A program made the translations under genes and the position numbers. The notes below the pieces were generated by a model. That model worked only from the letters and a program-made list of their open reading frames with translations. It had not been told where the DNA came from and searched no databases. A stretch of 64,000 bases of DNA from an uncultured Gammaproteobacteria bacterium. Lineage in GTDB: Bacteria > Patescibacteriota > Patescibacteriia > Magasanikbacterales > GWA2-37-8. The stretch lies in contig CAZXML010000001.1 of the NCBI GenBank assembly GCA_964641245.1, positions 127,959 through 191,958 of the forward strand. Direction: 5' to 3'. Shown here one piece after another: positions 30,056-39,537 of the stretch (its first letter is position 1; every line of letters begins with the position of its first letter).

Positions 30056-32287
30056 ATGTACAAAAAGATGCAAAAAATCCTCACCTTTACCACGCTGGTT
30101 GGCTTGTTTTTGTATTTGCCGATAAGAGCTTTGGCGCAAGCTGAATTTAACCCCCAATTTATAATTTCGGATGAAGAAATGCAGAGCACGGCCAACTGGA
30201 CAGCATCCGATGTACATAAATTTCTACAGGACAGGGGCAGTTACCTGACAACACTAATTGCAGAAGATGCGGACGGTATTCTAAAATCAGCGGCAGAAAT
30301 TATTTATAATACGGCGGCAAAATATCAAATAAATCCAAAATTTTTACTCGTCACTTTACAAAAAGAACAAAGCCTGGTTACGGACGACACCCCAACTCAA
30401 AAACAACTGGATTGGGCCACGGGCTACGGCGTCTGCGACAGCTGTGATTTAAACGGCGATGCCCTCTTAAAATATAAAGGTTTTGGTAAACAGGTAGACA
30501 ATGCGGGCGGGCTCATCCGCTGGTATTACAACAATACCGACAAATCATTCGTCAAGAAAAAAGATCAGAATACTACTATAGACAGTCAGATTATCATGCC
30601 CCAAAGCTGGGCCACGGCTTTTTTGTATACTTATACGCCACACATCCACGGCAACAAAAATTTTTGGCGTATTTGGAACACCTGGTTCAGCCAAATTTAT
30701 CCCAACGGCACCTTGCTTCGCTCCGCTTCCAGCAGTGAAGTTTGGTTAATTCAAAACAACGTCAAACGTAAATTTAAAAACCAAGCCACTTTGCTAAGCC
30801 GCGCCGATCCAAAAATGATCGTGGCGGTGGTTGATTCCGAATTAAGCAACTACCAAACCGGGTCGGAAATATCTTTTCCAAATTATTCCGTGTTAAAAAC
30901 GGCCAATACTTTTTATCTTTTAGATTATGACACTCTGCGTCCATTTGCTTCCGCCGAAGTGGTGCGGCAGATTGGTTATAACCCCGATGAGTTTATAGAA
31001 ATCAACGACGTGGATATTGCCGGCTACCCCATCGGCTCCATAATTAACGCTTCCACCACCGCGCCTCAAGGAAAAATTTATCAGATTACCGATTTAAACA
31101 ATTCTTATTATTTATTTAAGGATAATGTTTTATATCCAATCACCGATAAAGGAATTATTGCCATCAATTACAAAGATCTGCCGGTAGAAAAACACAAAGT
31201 TAAAGACATAAAAAATTTATCGGTAGCGGATTTACCGATTAACTTCAAGGACGGGACCTTGCTCCGGATTGCCGACAGCAGTAATGTTTATGTTATAGAA
31301 AACGGCAAGAAACGCCTGATTGCGGATGTGGATACTTTTGCCGCGCTGGGTTACAATCGAACCAACGTAATCGCCGTCAGCGCTTTTACAGCCACCAATA
31401 TTTTAAATGGCGAACCTATTTTTATTAACGGCAGTCTTATTTCCTCCCGCAACAAATATTTGGGAGACAGTGAAATAAAAGTGGATGATATCTTTGGCCG
31501 CGCCCAAGGCGGGCAGGCAAGTAAAATTCCCGCATACCTGGTGGCCGAATATCCCAGTGGCCGTATTATTTCCGGAAAAAATATAGACCAGTCACGTTCT
31601 ATCGCATCACTTGTCAAATTACTGGTGGCCTACGAAGCTTTAAACCAAGATTTTAATTTGGCAAAATCATCCGTTTATTCCAAAACAAAAGACGGCGCCG
31701 CCGGAAATAATTTATCGTTGCGAAATGGAGCGAAAATAAAAAATGTAGATTTATTCAACGCCATGCTTATCGGCTCTACTAATAACACCGCCCGCCTTAT
31801 CGCCCATTCCACCAGCCTCACCGAAAAAACTTTTATAGACAGCATGAATAAAAGGCTTGATAACTGGGGCGCGGATGATACCAAAATTACCGATGTCACC
31901 GGTTTGGACGCCAAAAATAAATCTACTCCACGCAATTTGTTAAAAATATTTACGCGTATTCTGGAGAATCCAAATTTAAAATCAACATTGGCCAAAACTA
32001 AATACACTTTCAAGGAACTGGCCGGCAAGGTTTCGGCTTTAAGCCACAATATCGTAAGCCCTAGCAAATTAACCGCGCTAGCTAACGCAAAGTATAAAAT
32101 TGTAGCCGGCAAAACCGGTTCCACCGACGAGGCCGGAGTAGTTACCGTTATGCTTATAGAAGTAATTAAAACAAAAAAACAATACACGGTAATCACCATG
32201 GGAAGCAAAGACCAAAAAAATCAGGAGGCCAACAACCTCGCCAAATGGATTTCCACCGGCGATGTCAAGATATCAAATAGTAATTAG
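30056..32287 (+). CDS. secreted multidomain protein: lysozyme-like N-domain, repeated beta modules, C-terminal D-Ala-D-Ala carboxypeptidase (S11) domain
   Basis: Signal peptide; INPKFLLVTLQKEQSL and LYTYTPH; repeated GTLLR...VY.I.NG.KR modules; ASLVK (SxxK), STN (SxN), KTG. Confidence 0.8.
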   Translation: MYKKMQKILTFTTLVGLFLYLPIRALAQAEFNPQFIISDEEMQSTANWTASDVHKFLQDRGSYLTTLIAEDADGILKSAAEIIYNTAAKYQINPKFLLVTLQKEQSLVTDDTPTQKQLDWATGYGVCDSCDLNGDALLKYKGFGKQVDNAGGLIRWYYNNTDKSFVKKKDQNTTIDSQIIMPQSWATAFLYTYTPHIHGNKNFWRIWNTWFSQIYPNGTLLRSASSSEVWLIQNNVKRKFKNQATLLSRADPKMIVAVVDSELSNYQTGSEISFPNYSVLKTANTFYLLDYDTLRPFASAEVVRQIGYNPDEFIEINDVDIAGYPIGSIINASTTAPQGKIYQITDLNNSYYLFKDNVLYPITDKGIIAINYKDLPVEKHKVKDIKNLSVADLPINFKDGTLLRIADSSNVYVIENGKKRLIADVDTFAALGYNRTNVIAVSAFTATNILNGEPIFINGSLISSRNKYLGDSEIKVDDIFGRAQGGQASKIPAYLVAEYPSGRIISGKNIDQSRSIASLVKLLVAYEALNQDFNLAKSSVYSKTKDGAAGNNLSLRNGAKIKNVDLFNAMLIGSTNNTARLIAHSTSLTEKTFIDSMNKRLDNWGADDTKITDVTGLDAKNKSTPRNLLKIFTRILENPNLKSTLAKTKYTFKELAGKVSALSHNIVSPSKLTALANAKYKIVAGKTGSTDEAGVVTVMLIEVIKTKKQYTVITMGSKDQKNQEANNLAKWISTGDVKISNSN

Positions 32288-32317
32288 AATTTAGGATTTA
32301 GAATTTAGTATTTATTA
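32284..32317. repeat. degenerate 7-mer tandem repeat, intergenic
   Basis: TTAGAAT TTAGGAT TTAGAAT TTAGTAT TTATTA. Confidence 0.75.
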
Positions 32318-32323
32318 ATTTAT

Positions 32324-33121
32324 ATGTCCCTAGTTTTCGCCGCCATTACCCCGCATCCTCCCCTACTCATTCCCAGCATCGGCAAGGAATCTCTAAAAAA
32401 ATTGGAGAAAACAAAAATCGCCATGGAGCAGATGGAGAAGGATTTATATTTAACTCATCCGGAAATTATCGTGGTCATTTCTCCCCACGGCAGTTATTTT
32501 AACGATGCTTTTACTCTTAACGTCTGCACCCACTATCAAACCGACATGCGCGAATTTGGCGATTTGGCGACGAAAATAAAATTTCACGGGGAAACTCATT
32601 TGTCCACGCTAATTCGCGAGGGCACTAAAAAAAACCATATCCCCGCTACCATGGTCAGCGAACAAAATTTGGACCATGGTTCATCGGTGCCATTATCCTA
32701 TCTCACGAAACATTTAAAAAATGTAAAAATAATTCAGATTGGTTTTTGCGATCTGGATTGGAAAACCCACGTTGCTTTTGGCGCCATGATTGCGGATAAA
32801 ATTGCGGAAACAAATAAACGGGTGGCGGTCATTGCATCCGGAGATTTATCTCACGCTTTAATTTCCGACGCTCCTGCCGGCTATAATCCCGCCGGTCCGG
32901 AATTTGACCGAAAAATCCAGGATCTGCTGTCCGCTAACAACCTGTCCGGCATGTTACAGCTGGACAAGCAGTTTGTTACAGACGCGTCCGAATGCGGATT
33001 CCGGTCATTTTTAATTTTAATGGGCATTTTGCAAGGCGTTCATCATACCTATAAATCATACTCATACGAAGGGCCGTTTGGCGTTGGTTATCTTACCGCC
33101 AACTTCGCCTTGTCCATATAA
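32324..33121 (+). CDS. LigB/MEMO1-family protein (AmmeMemoRadiSam protein B-like)
   Basis: PHPP, ISPH, LDHG, IASGDLSH, ECG, YEGPFGVGY. Confidence 0.85.
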   Translation: MSLVFAAITPHPPLLIPSIGKESLKKLEKTKIAMEQMEKDLYLTHPEIIVVISPHGSYFNDAFTLNVCTHYQTDMREFGDLATKIKFHGETHLSTLIREGTKKNHIPATMVSEQNLDHGSSVPLSYLTKHLKNVKIIQIGFCDLDWKTHVAFGAMIADKIAETNKRVAVIASGDLSHALISDAPAGYNPAGPEFDRKIQDLLSANNLSGMLQLDKQFVTDASECGFRSFLILMGILQGVHHTYKSYSYEGPFGVGYLTANFALSI

Positions 33122-33126
33122 CCTAA

Positions 33127-33234
33127 CTGTCATCCCGAATGAGCCGTAGCGACGAGGGATCTAAACCGATAAAAGAAAATTTTTTTTAATTTGAATAGAT
33201 CCCTCGTCGGCTAAGGCCTCGCTCGGGATGACAG
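33127..33234. repeat. GTCAT-tagged paired palindromic (REP/REPIN-like) element, intergenic
   Basis: CTGTCATCCCGA...GACGAGGGATCTA, an AT-rich spacer, then TAGATCCCTCGTC...TCGGGATGACAG. Confidence 0.92.
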
Positions 33235-33248
33235 GTTGTGACTTGAAT

Positions 33249-35126
33249 ATGATAATACAAATAATTCCGGCCAAAAGAATGCCTCTGTCATTGCCTTTTT
33301 TAGATTATTCCGTTCCGGTTGATTTGGAAAATAAAATAAAAATCGGGCAACTGGTAAAAATTCCTTTTCGCAACAAGGAAGAGTTCGGCGTTGTTTTAGA
33401 AATCAAATCATCCGACAAGGCAAATATAAAGACCAAGCCGATTATCGGAGTCGTTTTTTTAGAACCCATTTTATCCAAGGAACAACTGGGTTTTTTGATG
33501 GATATTTCCGAATTTTATCATGTTTCATTGGGATTTTTACTGAAGGGAAATTTATTGCCATTGCAAAAAACAAAATTGAAAAAAGTTGCCTCCTCAAGTA
33601 AAGTTGCCACCACGAACTTACGCAAACCAACCAAGCCCGAAGTTTTTATTCATAAAAACGAGGAAGAAAAGGCGGAAATTATTATTAAAAAAATATCCGC
33701 GGGACAGAATTTGATTCTGGTTCCGGAATTAACCGCGATTAAAAAAATTACCGACATTCTACCGCAAAATATTTTAAATCGCGCCATAACCATCACCAGC
33801 GAATTATCCGTCAAGGAACTTTTCGTCAAATGGCTGCAAATCTGGTCCGGGGAAAAAGATATTGTTATCGGCACCAGAACGGCTCTATTTTTTCCATGGT
33901 TCAACTTAACCAATATTATTTTAACGGACGAAGGAAATTCAAATTACAAAAGCTGGGATATGGCGCCCCGCCTGCACACGCGCGACGCGGCCTTATTTTT
34001 ATCCAAGCACCACGGCGCTAAACTAACCCTGCTTTCTCATACCCTTTCCGTGGAAAGTTACTATTTTGCCAAAAATAAAGTCTATAACACTACTCACGAC
34101 CTGAAAATTGAACCCTTAAACAAAACTACGGAAATTGTGGATATAAAATCGGAACGGCGCGGCGGCAATTACAGCCTGGTGAGCGTGGATGTTTTAAATG
34201 AATTCAAGAAAAATAAAACCGGCGATGTTGTATTCTTTCTTAACCGGCGAGGAACTGCCGGCTATGTCGGCTGTAGAGACTGTGGCAATGTTTTAAAATG
34301 CCCACATTGCAAACTCTCCTTAACTTATCATCAGAATAAAAATATTTTATCATGCCACTACTGCCAATTTTCCGAACCGATGCCGGTTGTTTGTAAAAAA
34401 TGCGACGGCGTTAATGTGGCAACTCTTGGCGCCGGCACTCAATTAGCCGAGGAATTGGTAAAAAAAATTACGGAAAAAACCAATGACACGCGTCCGGTTA
34501 TCAGATTAGACAGCGACGAAAACGAATTGGAAAAACTTAAGGCGGACGAAGATCAGATCGTAATTTGCACGCAACTGGCCTGGCCGCATCTGGCATGGAA
34601 CAAAATAAAATTATTTGTTTTTCTGGACGCTGACGCGCCGCTTTTTATTCCCGAATATAAAGTAATTGAAAATCTTTGGCAACAAATCCGCGACGTCCAA
34701 TATAAACTAACTGAAGGGTCTGCCTTCCTTATTCAGACTGGCTATCCGGAACATCTGGTTTTTAAATCATTATACGATCCGGATTTGTTTTATTCCGAAC
34801 AATTGGCCGAACGCCGTGTTTTAGGCTACCCGCCATACAAATATATGCTTAAACTGTTTGCAGGCGACCCAAAATCAGCTATAATTGAGGGCGAAGCGGA
34901 GAAAATTACGGCTAAACTCACCAGCTTGACTAAAGGGCTTTCCGGGGTTAAGATACTTGGTCCGCTGGAATCGTCGCCTTATTACCACGGCGGACAATAT
35001 TGGCAAGTAATCTTAGCCAAAATAGGCTACGAAAACTACAAGCAAACTACCAAACTACTTCTGTCCAATATACCAGAAAACTGGAAAGTAGACCCAAATC
35101 CGGGTTCATTAATATACTTTTATTAG
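33249..35126 (+). CDS. priA: primosomal protein N' (PriA) with degenerate helicase motifs
   Basis: LDYSVP...GQLVKIPF, LILVPE, IGTR, FLNRRG and four CxxC pairs; upstream of def-fmt. ATG 33249 preferred. Confidence 0.9.
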   Translation: MIIQIIPAKRMPLSLPFLDYSVPVDLENKIKIGQLVKIPFRNKEEFGVVLEIKSSDKANIKTKPIIGVVFLEPILSKEQLGFLMDISEFYHVSLGFLLKGNLLPLQKTKLKKVASSSKVATTNLRKPTKPEVFIHKNEEEKAEIIIKKISAGQNLILVPELTAIKKITDILPQNILNRAITITSELSVKELFVKWLQIWSGEKDIVIGTRTALFFPWFNLTNIILTDEGNSNYKSWDMAPRLHTRDAALFLSKHHGAKLTLLSHTLSVESYYFAKNKVYNTTHDLKIEPLNKTTEIVDIKSERRGGNYSLVSVDVLNEFKKNKTGDVVFFLNRRGTAGYVGCRDCGNVLKCPHCKLSLTYHQNKNILSCHYCQFSEPMPVVCKKCDGVNVATLGAGTQLAEELVKKITEKTNDTRPVIRLDSDENELEKLKADEDQIVICTQLAWPHLAWNKIKLFVFLDADAPLFIPEYKVIENLWQQIRDVQYKLTEGSAFLIQTGYPEHLVFKSLYDPDLFYSEQLAERRVLGYPPYKYMLKLFAGDPKSAIIEGEAEKITAKLTSLTKGLSGVKILGPLESSPYYHGGQYWQVILAKIGYENYKQTTKLLLSNIPENWKVDPNPGSLIYFY

Positions 35127-35127
35127 C

Positions 35128-35619
35128 ATGCTACTACCCATCACAATGGAACCTGACCCTCTTTTACATAAGGTTTCCAAAAATTTAACCGCCGAACAAA
35201 TAAACTCCAAAGAAACAAAGGAGTTTGTTGTCAATCTGATAGAAACTATGTATGCCAAAGACGGCGTGGGCATTGCTTCGGTTCAGGTTGGCAACCCGAT
35301 TCAGCTGTGTGTCATTGCGGCCGCATTTACTCCGGAAAAATTAAACGATTTGGTTCTGATCAATCCTACATTTACAAAAGTTTCCGTTCTTCGTTCCTGG
35401 GATGAAGAAGGGTGTCTTTCCGTTCCTAATATTTACGGTTCGGTAAGACGGTTTAAAAAAATAAAAGTATCGGCCTTGGATAGCGACGGTAAAAAAATTG
35501 AGTTTGTGGCCACAGATTTTTTTGCCAGAATTATTCAACATGAAATCGACCACTTGAACGGAATTTTGTTTATTGAGAAAGCAAAAAAATTACATACGTT
35601 TGATAAAGAAAAGTTGTAA
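35128..35619 (+). CDS. def: peptide deformylase
   Basis: GVGIASVQVG, EGCLS, QHEIDHLNG. Confidence 0.96.
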   Translation: MLLPITMEPDPLLHKVSKNLTAEQINSKETKEFVVNLIETMYAKDGVGIASVQVGNPIQLCVIAAAFTPEKLNDLVLINPTFTKVSVLRSWDEEGCLSVPNIYGSVRRFKKIKVSALDSDGKKIEFVATDFFARIIQHEIDHLNGILFIEKAKKLHTFDKEKL

Positions 35620-35638
35620 ACTAGGGCGCGGGGTTTAG

Positions 35639-35708
35639 TTGTCATCCTGAACTTGTTTCAGGATCTATCACGACTAACCAAGATGCTGAAACAAGTTCAG
35701 CATGACAA
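35639..35708. repeat. GTCAT-tagged paired palindromic element between def and fmt
   Basis: TTGTCATCCTGAACTTGTTTCAGGATCT ... AGATGCTGAAACAAGTTCAGCATGACAA. Confidence 0.92.
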
Positions 35709-35714
35709 AAAAAT

Positions 35715-36674
35715 ATGCAAAAAACAAAAATTATTTTCTTCGGCACACAAGATTTTGCCGCCACTATTTTACAGGGATTGCTGGACAGCGATATTGTTTC
35801 GGTTGAAATGGTATTTACCCAGCCGGATAGAAAAACCGGACGTAAACAAATTATAGAAGAATCCCCGGTTAAAAAACTGGCAAAAAAATATAATATTTCC
35901 GTTGAGCAACCCGAGTCGCTAAAAAATTTACAATTTCTCCCGACTGCTAATCGGGATTCTCGATTCACAAACGGTACAATTTCCAATATTCCACTCGGCA
36001 TCGTTGCCCAGTACGGTCTTATTATCCCAAAAACCATCATCGATTCATTTTCCAAGGGAATGATTAATGTTCACGGCTCGCTTTTGCCAAAATATCGTGG
36101 CGCCTCCCCTATCCAGGCCGCGCTGGCAAACGGAGCCAAAGAGACCGGTATCACTATTATTTCCATGGACGAAAAAATGGATCATGGGCCGATTTTATCG
36201 CAGGCTACAACAGTAATTGACAAGAATGACACCTACACCACCCTAGCCTCAAAACTGGCCGCGGAAGGCCTTATTTTGCTGTTAAACACCCTTCCGGAAT
36301 GGTTAAATGGCACCCTAAAAGCCGAGTCGCAAGACGAGAGCCAGGCCACTTTCACCAAGCTTCTGACCAAAGAAGATGGGCTGGTTGATTTTAGCAAGGC
36401 TAACGAAGAAATATATAATCAATGGCGTGGTCTTACCCCTTGGCCGGGAATCTGGACAATGTGGAACGGTAAACGGCTTAAACTTTTAAAAATAAAAAAA
36501 TCAGATAAATCATTAACCGCCAGACAAGTAAGCGTGGAAGAACAGAGGATGTTTATCGGTTGTGGAGAAAAATCGATAGAAGTGCTGGAACTGCAAATGG
36601 AAGGAAAAAATCCCATGGACGCAAAAATTTTCTTAAGCGGTTACTCAAGTATTAACGGCGCGAAACTAAATTAG
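35715..36674 (+). CDS. fmt: methionyl-tRNA formyltransferase
   Basis: FFGT, TQPD, INVHGSLLPKYRGASPIQ, MDHG, PWPG. Confidence 0.96.
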   Translation: MQKTKIIFFGTQDFAATILQGLLDSDIVSVEMVFTQPDRKTGRKQIIEESPVKKLAKKYNISVEQPESLKNLQFLPTANRDSRFTNGTISNIPLGIVAQYGLIIPKTIIDSFSKGMINVHGSLLPKYRGASPIQAALANGAKETGITIISMDEKMDHGPILSQATTVIDKNDTYTTLASKLAAEGLILLLNTLPEWLNGTLKAESQDESQATFTKLLTKEDGLVDFSKANEEIYNQWRGLTPWPGIWTMWNGKRLKLLKIKKSDKSLTARQVSVEEQRMFIGCGEKSIEVLELQMEGKNPMDAKIFLSGYSSINGAKLN

Positions 36675-36686
36675 TTTCGCGTTTTT
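36659..36686 (+). terminator. hairpin terminator overlapping the fmt stop
   Basis: CGCGAAACTA-AAT-TAGTTTCGCG followed by TTTTT, between convergent genes. Confidence 0.7.
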
Positions 36687-37617
36687 AAATAGGTAAGAGA
36701 GAAATCCAAAACGGCAATGAGACCACCGAAAGAATAGTGCTAAGCACGATTGAACGGGAGATAAAATCTTTATTTAAATTATATCTGTCTGCCAGCGCAA
36801 ACGGCGTAATGGCGAGTGGCATGGCCGCTTCTATAATTGAAGCGGAAAATTGAGCGGGTAGAAATCCAAAAAGTTGAGCTCCTAAATAAAACATTGACGG
36901 CAATCCAACCAAAGTAACCAGCGAAAACAAAAACACCGGAACCCATTCGGATAATTTTCCAATTTTCGATTTGCCGATAAAAAGTCCGATAACCACCAAA
37001 ACCGTTGGGGTTACGGAGGCGCTAATCATATCTAAAGATTTTAATATAACATCCGGCAAAGTAATCCCGACGGCGCTTACCGCAATGCCGAAAAAAACCG
37101 CCAGCAGTAATGGGCTTTTCACAAGTCCCTTTAAAAAATCCTTAATGATATTTTTTTTCTTTTTATCAAAACAATACTCCAGATACCCGGTACCAACCGT
37201 AAACTGCCAAAGCAGATAAACCGCCACTATTAAACTGGCTACCGGAATTATTTTAACGCCCGCGATTTGGGTTAACACGGGAATTCCCAGATAAGCAATA
37301 TTACTGAACCCAAAACAAATAAACAAAGTCATAGCCATTTGTTTATTTAAGCGTAAAATTTTGGCAATTATAATTGCCAGCGCAAAACTGACAAGAAGAA
37401 ATAATGAATTGGAAAGTATCAGTAATATTTCCCCCTGCTTAAAGGAAAAACTGGTTTTGGCTAAGGCTGAAAAAATTAATGCGGGCAAACCTATTTTTAA
37501 AGCAAACTCATTAAGAACTCTCGACCAGTCATCGCCTATATTCTTGAATTTCTGCAATAAAGCAGTGGCAAAAATGATTAAAAATAACGGGGCAATGACG
37601 GATAATATCTGAAGCAT
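36685..37617 (-). CDS. AEC (auxin efflux carrier) family transporter
   Basis: About 10 TM; LPALIF, SNIAYLGIP, AAMP, STILS. ATG 37617 preferred. Confidence 0.88.
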   Translation of the reverse strand: MLQILSVIAPLFLIIFATALLQKFKNIGDDWSRVLNEFALKIGLPALIFSALAKTSFSFKQGEILLILSNSLFLLVSFALAIIIAKILRLNKQMAMTLFICFGFSNIAYLGIPVLTQIAGVKIIPVASLIVAVYLLWQFTVGTGYLEYCFDKKKKNIIKDFLKGLVKSPLLLAVFFGIAVSAVGITLPDVILKSLDMISASVTPTVLVVIGLFIGKSKIGKLSEWVPVFLFSLVTLVGLPSMFYLGAQLFGFLPAQFSASIIEAAMPLAITPFALADRYNLNKDFISRSIVLSTILSVVSLPFWISLLPI

Positions 37618-37695
37618 ATAGCTTGGATTATTAAGCAAGTGATGTTATAATTTTAACATATCTGATACTAATAAGCTAACTGGCTACAAGCTAAC

Positions 37696-39129
37696 ATGAA
37701 CGCTTCTACCCTTACAAAAAGACCAATCCCCTTATTCCTTGCCCTATACTTTGGCTTGCGAATTTTTTCCTATTTCTTCAGCCCAGGAACCCCATTATAC
37801 TTGGGCAACCCTATAAATTGGATTGTTTCCGTTGGAATCCTACTACTTACTACCTACTACTTACTACTTCGCAATGACGAGCGTGGCTGGCTGATTATTG
37901 CCGGAGAGTTAATTTTGGGTGGGGCGGGCGGCTTTTTGGAGATAAGAGGTGTTTCTTTGCGAACTTTGTTGCTAATATCCGCAATGGCAATTTTTGTATA
38001 TCATGTTTTAAAAAATAAACAATTTGACGTAATTGGGAGCAAAAGAACTCTATTGCTTATATTCAAAGCCTTGTTCGTGATAATTGGCCTGTCCGCCATG
38101 CGCGGTTACTATTTTGGTCACAATCTTAAACTGGTCTTGGCCGATACCATTCCATATCTTTTCCTCTTATACTACTTCCCGCTCAAACAACTTCTTCAAT
38201 CCGAAACATTTCGTCGCACATCGTTTAACATGTTAATTGCGGCAATAATCGGCAATTTTATTTTTATATATCTGACCCTGGCCGGATTTTCTTCCGGAGT
38301 TTTTGCTCTGCAGGATTCCTACTACCATTGGTTCAGAGATGTAGCCGGCGGCAAGATTACCGACTACGGCACCGGATTTTTTAGAATACTGACAAATGAA
38401 CAATTATTGATTGTGCCGTTGTTGATATTTTTCATCGGAAATATTATTCGCCAACCCACCCCTACCCCGCCCAAGCGGGGAATTACAAGTTTTGGCCTCG
38501 CAATGACAGGCGCGCTATTGGCGCTACTAACAATAAATATAACCCGCATTTACCTGGTCGCGCTGGCCGTTGGTATTTTATTTTTATTCTCCGCAAAAAA
38601 TTGGAAACGCTGGCTTACCTACTCTGCCGGAGCGTTCATTTTTTTTATTTTGGCTTTTTCCCTCACTCACCTAGCCGCCACCAAGGGAAAAAGTTTGGGC
38701 TGGGAATATTTAGGATTGCGCCTGCAAAGTATTGCCATGCCGCAAATTGAAGACAGCTCGCTTAGCCGGATGATGCTTCTGCCGAAAATTCTGGAAAAAA
38801 TCAAACTTCATCCGATATTGGGCAATGGATTGGGTGATGCGGTTACAGTGTTTAGTCCAGTATTCGATGCAAACATAACAACCCCGCATTTTGACTGGGG
38901 CTATTTGGAAATAATAGACGAACTTGGTCTCGTCGGTCTCGCAACTTGGATATTAATTATTGGATATTTGATATTGAAAATTAAACAAAACAAGACCGCT
39001 CTCGCAGGTCTTGTTGGGTTGTTGGTTATAAACATCACTTCCCCGGCGCTATTTCATGTGTTGGGAGTGGTTTTTTTAATTTACTTACTAAGTAGCTATG
39101 GCGAAGTTGAACTCACCGAGTTCCACTAG
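37696..39129 (+). CDS. O-antigen ligase/polymerase-like membrane protein
   Basis: Polytopic; TR motif, SSLSR...HPILGNGLG, HFDWGYLEIIDELGLVG. Confidence 0.82.
   Translation: MNASTLTKRPIPLFLALYFGLRIFSYFFSPGTPLYLGNPINWIVSVGILLLTTYYLLLRNDERGWLIIAGELILGGAGGFLEIRGVSLRTLLLISAMAIFVYHVLKNKQFDVIGSKRTLLLIFKALFVIIGLSAMRGYYFGHNLKLVLADTIPYLFLLYYFPLKQLLQSETFRRTSFNMLIAAIIGNFIFIYLTLAGFSSGVFALQDSYYHWFRDVAGGKITDYGTGFFRILTNEQLLIVPLLIFFIGNIIRQPTPTPPKRGITSFGLAMTGALLALLTINITRIYLVALAVGILFLFSAKNWKRWLTYSAGAFIFFILAFSLTHLAATKGKSLGWEYLGLRLQSIAMPQIEDSSLSRMMLLPKILEKIKLHPILGNGLGDAVTVFSPVFDANITTPHFDWGYLEIIDELGLVGLATWILIIGYLILKIKQNKTALAGLVGLLVINITSPALFHVLGVVFLIYLLSSYGEVELTEFH
37841..37868. repeat. 7-mer tandem repeat inside the O-antigen ligase CDS
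   Basis: TACTACT TACTACC TACTACT TACTACT, encoding LLLTTYYLLL. Confidence 0.8.
38450..38484. repeat. 35-bp palindromic element inside the O-antigen ligase CDS
   Basis: GCCAACCCACCCCTACCCCGCCCAAGCGGGGAATT, identical to 60448-60482. Confidence 0.95.
38945..38982. repeat. degenerate 7-mer repeat inside the O-antigen ligase CDS
   Basis: CTTGGAT ATTAATT ATTGGAT ATTTGAT ATTGAAA ATT. Confidence 0.55.
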
Positions 39130-39147
39130 TGTAAACCAAAAAACAGT

Positions 39148-39534
39148 TCACTTAAACAAAAACTTGAATAATTTTATTATCCATACTTCATCGTTTTTCT
39201 TCTCAGCTACAACTTTGCTATCAAGTTTTTTTACTACTGGTATGGTCTCAACTTTTGGTTTTATGCCTGTATTTGTTTTTGGAACGGCTGGTTGTTTATA
39301 TTCTGGAGCCGGAGTGGTATATCCTCCTGTCTCTGAAAAATGGCTCTTAACAGGCGCTTTGGGCTGTGGCATGGCCTTTGCCCTGTGACAATGGTATTCG
39401 CCGGTGCTAAGACCCCATTTAGCGCAATTTGTACGGCAGGTGTGACAACCTGACGAATCGGTCCGGCCAGGATGGGCTAGAACTAGCGAGGGAAGCATTA
39501 AAGCTAAAACTGTTAACAGAAGTGTATATCTCAT
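39148..39534 (-). CDS. secreted YHYH-domain protein
   Basis: Signal peptide, then HPGRTDSSGCH...GEYHCH. Confidence 0.8.
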   Translation of the reverse strand: MRYTLLLTVLALMLPSLVLAHPGRTDSSGCHTCRTNCAKWGLSTGEYHCHRAKAMPQPKAPVKSHFSETGGYTTPAPEYKQPAVPKTNTGIKPKVETIPVVKKLDSKVVAEKKNDEVWIIKLFKFLFK

Positions 39535-39537
39535 AGC

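Noticed and set aside
33228-33248. N-terminal extension of PriA (MTGCDLN)
   Set aside because: The ATG belongs to the repeat end GGGATGACAG; ATG 33249 matches the expected start.
35642-36055. ORFs 35653-35856(+) and 35642-36055(-)
   Set aside because: They start or end inside the REP element and overlap fmt; they are shadow ORFs.
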